The position numbers and the translations under genes were made by a program. 64,000 nucleotides of DNA from Botryllus schlosseri. Taxonomy: Eukaryota. The notes under the pieces were generated by a model. That model saw only the letters and a list, made by a program, of their open reading frames with translations, was not told the origin of the DNA and searched no databases. Of this stretch, positions 63,107 to 64,000 are shown piece after piece (position 1 is the stretch's first letter; the number at the start of each line of letters is the position of its first letter). The stretch covers positions 5,024,001-5,088,000 of the forward strand of contig CM119373.1 of NCBI GenBank assembly GCA_051294905.1, written 5' to 3'.

Positions 63107-64000
63107 ATGAAAAGACAGCGACCACGCTCGCTAGACGTGGAAATACCGAACAACATGCAAGGCAGCGAGGTCTTTCAAGCCGTACTAGCGCACGAGCCTC
63201 TGGAGCCTCTATTGGATAATATTGATTCCATGTACCAAATTGGCTATGAAACATTTAATATAACAGTCAAGGATACACCGGATGCACAAACCATCAAGAA
63301 TAACATACTCACAGCGTGCCAAAATGGCATAACATCTGCCAATGGCAACCTGAGAGTCAAAGACGCTAGTAAGCCTCTGAAAATCATAAACATACGCGCC
63401 GTCCCAACGGAAGCGATGGATTCAGAAATAGCAATTCTTCTAGCCCTATACCAGTGCGGCAAAGTGATCAAAGTATTACGAGTGAACCGCAGCAAGACAC
63501 AGTATCACAATGGGTACAGAAAAGTGCTCATTGCTGATTACGAAGCAGGCAGGATACCGCAGTATCTCAAGATACGCGGTTTTAACTGCAAGGTTTTTCT
63601 TCCGCCCGGAGAACAAACAGTAGCGATATGTAACAAGTGTCTACAGCACGGACACATCGCTAGAAATTGTACCAACGACCTGACATGTCTTCACTGTCAT
63701 CAGACAGGCCGTAAAAGAGTAGTCTGCCCACAATTGAAGGAAAACTATCCTACAATTGAAGAGCAGCACAACAAAATGGTGGTCGAAGCGGAAATACATA
63801 ACATCCCTGAAAACAACACACAACCAATACACGAAGAAGAAGAAGAAGAACAAACACACGAAAGTGATGACAACGAATGTATAATAAACAGATCTGACGA
63901 AGAAAATGAAAAACAACAAATCAATGACAGCATAGAAGAAGAAAGCGAAGAAAGCGAAGAAAACACTCCAGGTGAACTCCAAATCCAGGAAACACCTGAC
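63107..64000 (+). CDS. Tx1/L1-like LINE ORF1 (runs off the window end)
   Basis: Open frame not in the ORF track: MKRQRPRSLDVEIP...YHNGYRKVLI...IPQYLKIRG...CNKCLQHGHIARNC..CLHCHQTG, followed by an acidic tail. Confidence 0.85.
   Translation, partial: MKRQRPRSLDVEIPNNMQGSEVFQAVLAHEPLEPLLDNIDSMYQIGYETFNITVKDTPDAQTIKNNILTACQNGITSANGNLRVKDASKPLKIINIRAVPTEAMDSEIAILLALYQCGKVIKVLRVNRSKTQYHNGYRKVLIADYEAGRIPQYLKIRGFNCKVFLPPGEQTVAICNKCLQHGHIARNCTNDLTCLHCHQTGRKRVVCPQLKENYPTIEEQHNKMVVEAEIHNIPENNTQPIHEEEEEEQTHESDDNECIINRSDEENEKQQINDSIEEESEESEENTPGELQIQETPD

Noticed and set aside
63641..63982. Hydrophobic membrane-protein ORF
   Set aside because: Antisense shadow of the Glu/Asn-rich tail of the LINE ORF1

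Overview
Repeat-dense, intron-containing animal genomic DNA, not prokaryotic. The NLR type, short introns and TE families suggest an invertebrate chordate such as an ascidian, which is my inference. Main contents: (1) A minus-strand multi-exon NLR (NACHT + LRR-like) gene at ~5.9-17.8 kb. Its reconstructed N-terminus has no death-fold domain but carries a short N/V/G-rich RHIM/amyloid-like motif, and a decayed tandem paralog lies at ~20-25 kb. (2) A 13-kb CACTG-ended (CMC/EnSpm-type) DNA transposon at 34089-47118 with a TA target duplication. It carries a spliced SAMD3-like accessory gene, a transposase C-terminal remnant and an intact intronless ORF with a SWIB/MDM2-like (p53-binding-type) domain. 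(3) A very young Ty3/Gypsy LTR element with identical 210-bp LTRs, inserted into an exon of that accessory gene. (4) Many nested hAT MITEs with 8-bp TSDs, Tx1/L1-like, I/Nimb-like and CR1/L2-like LINE pieces, tRNA-derived SINE sequences, C2H2 zinc-finger relics, a foldback element, an ~88-bp structured satellite and a four-hairpin array. All family assignments come from motif recognition by eye; no database searches were run.
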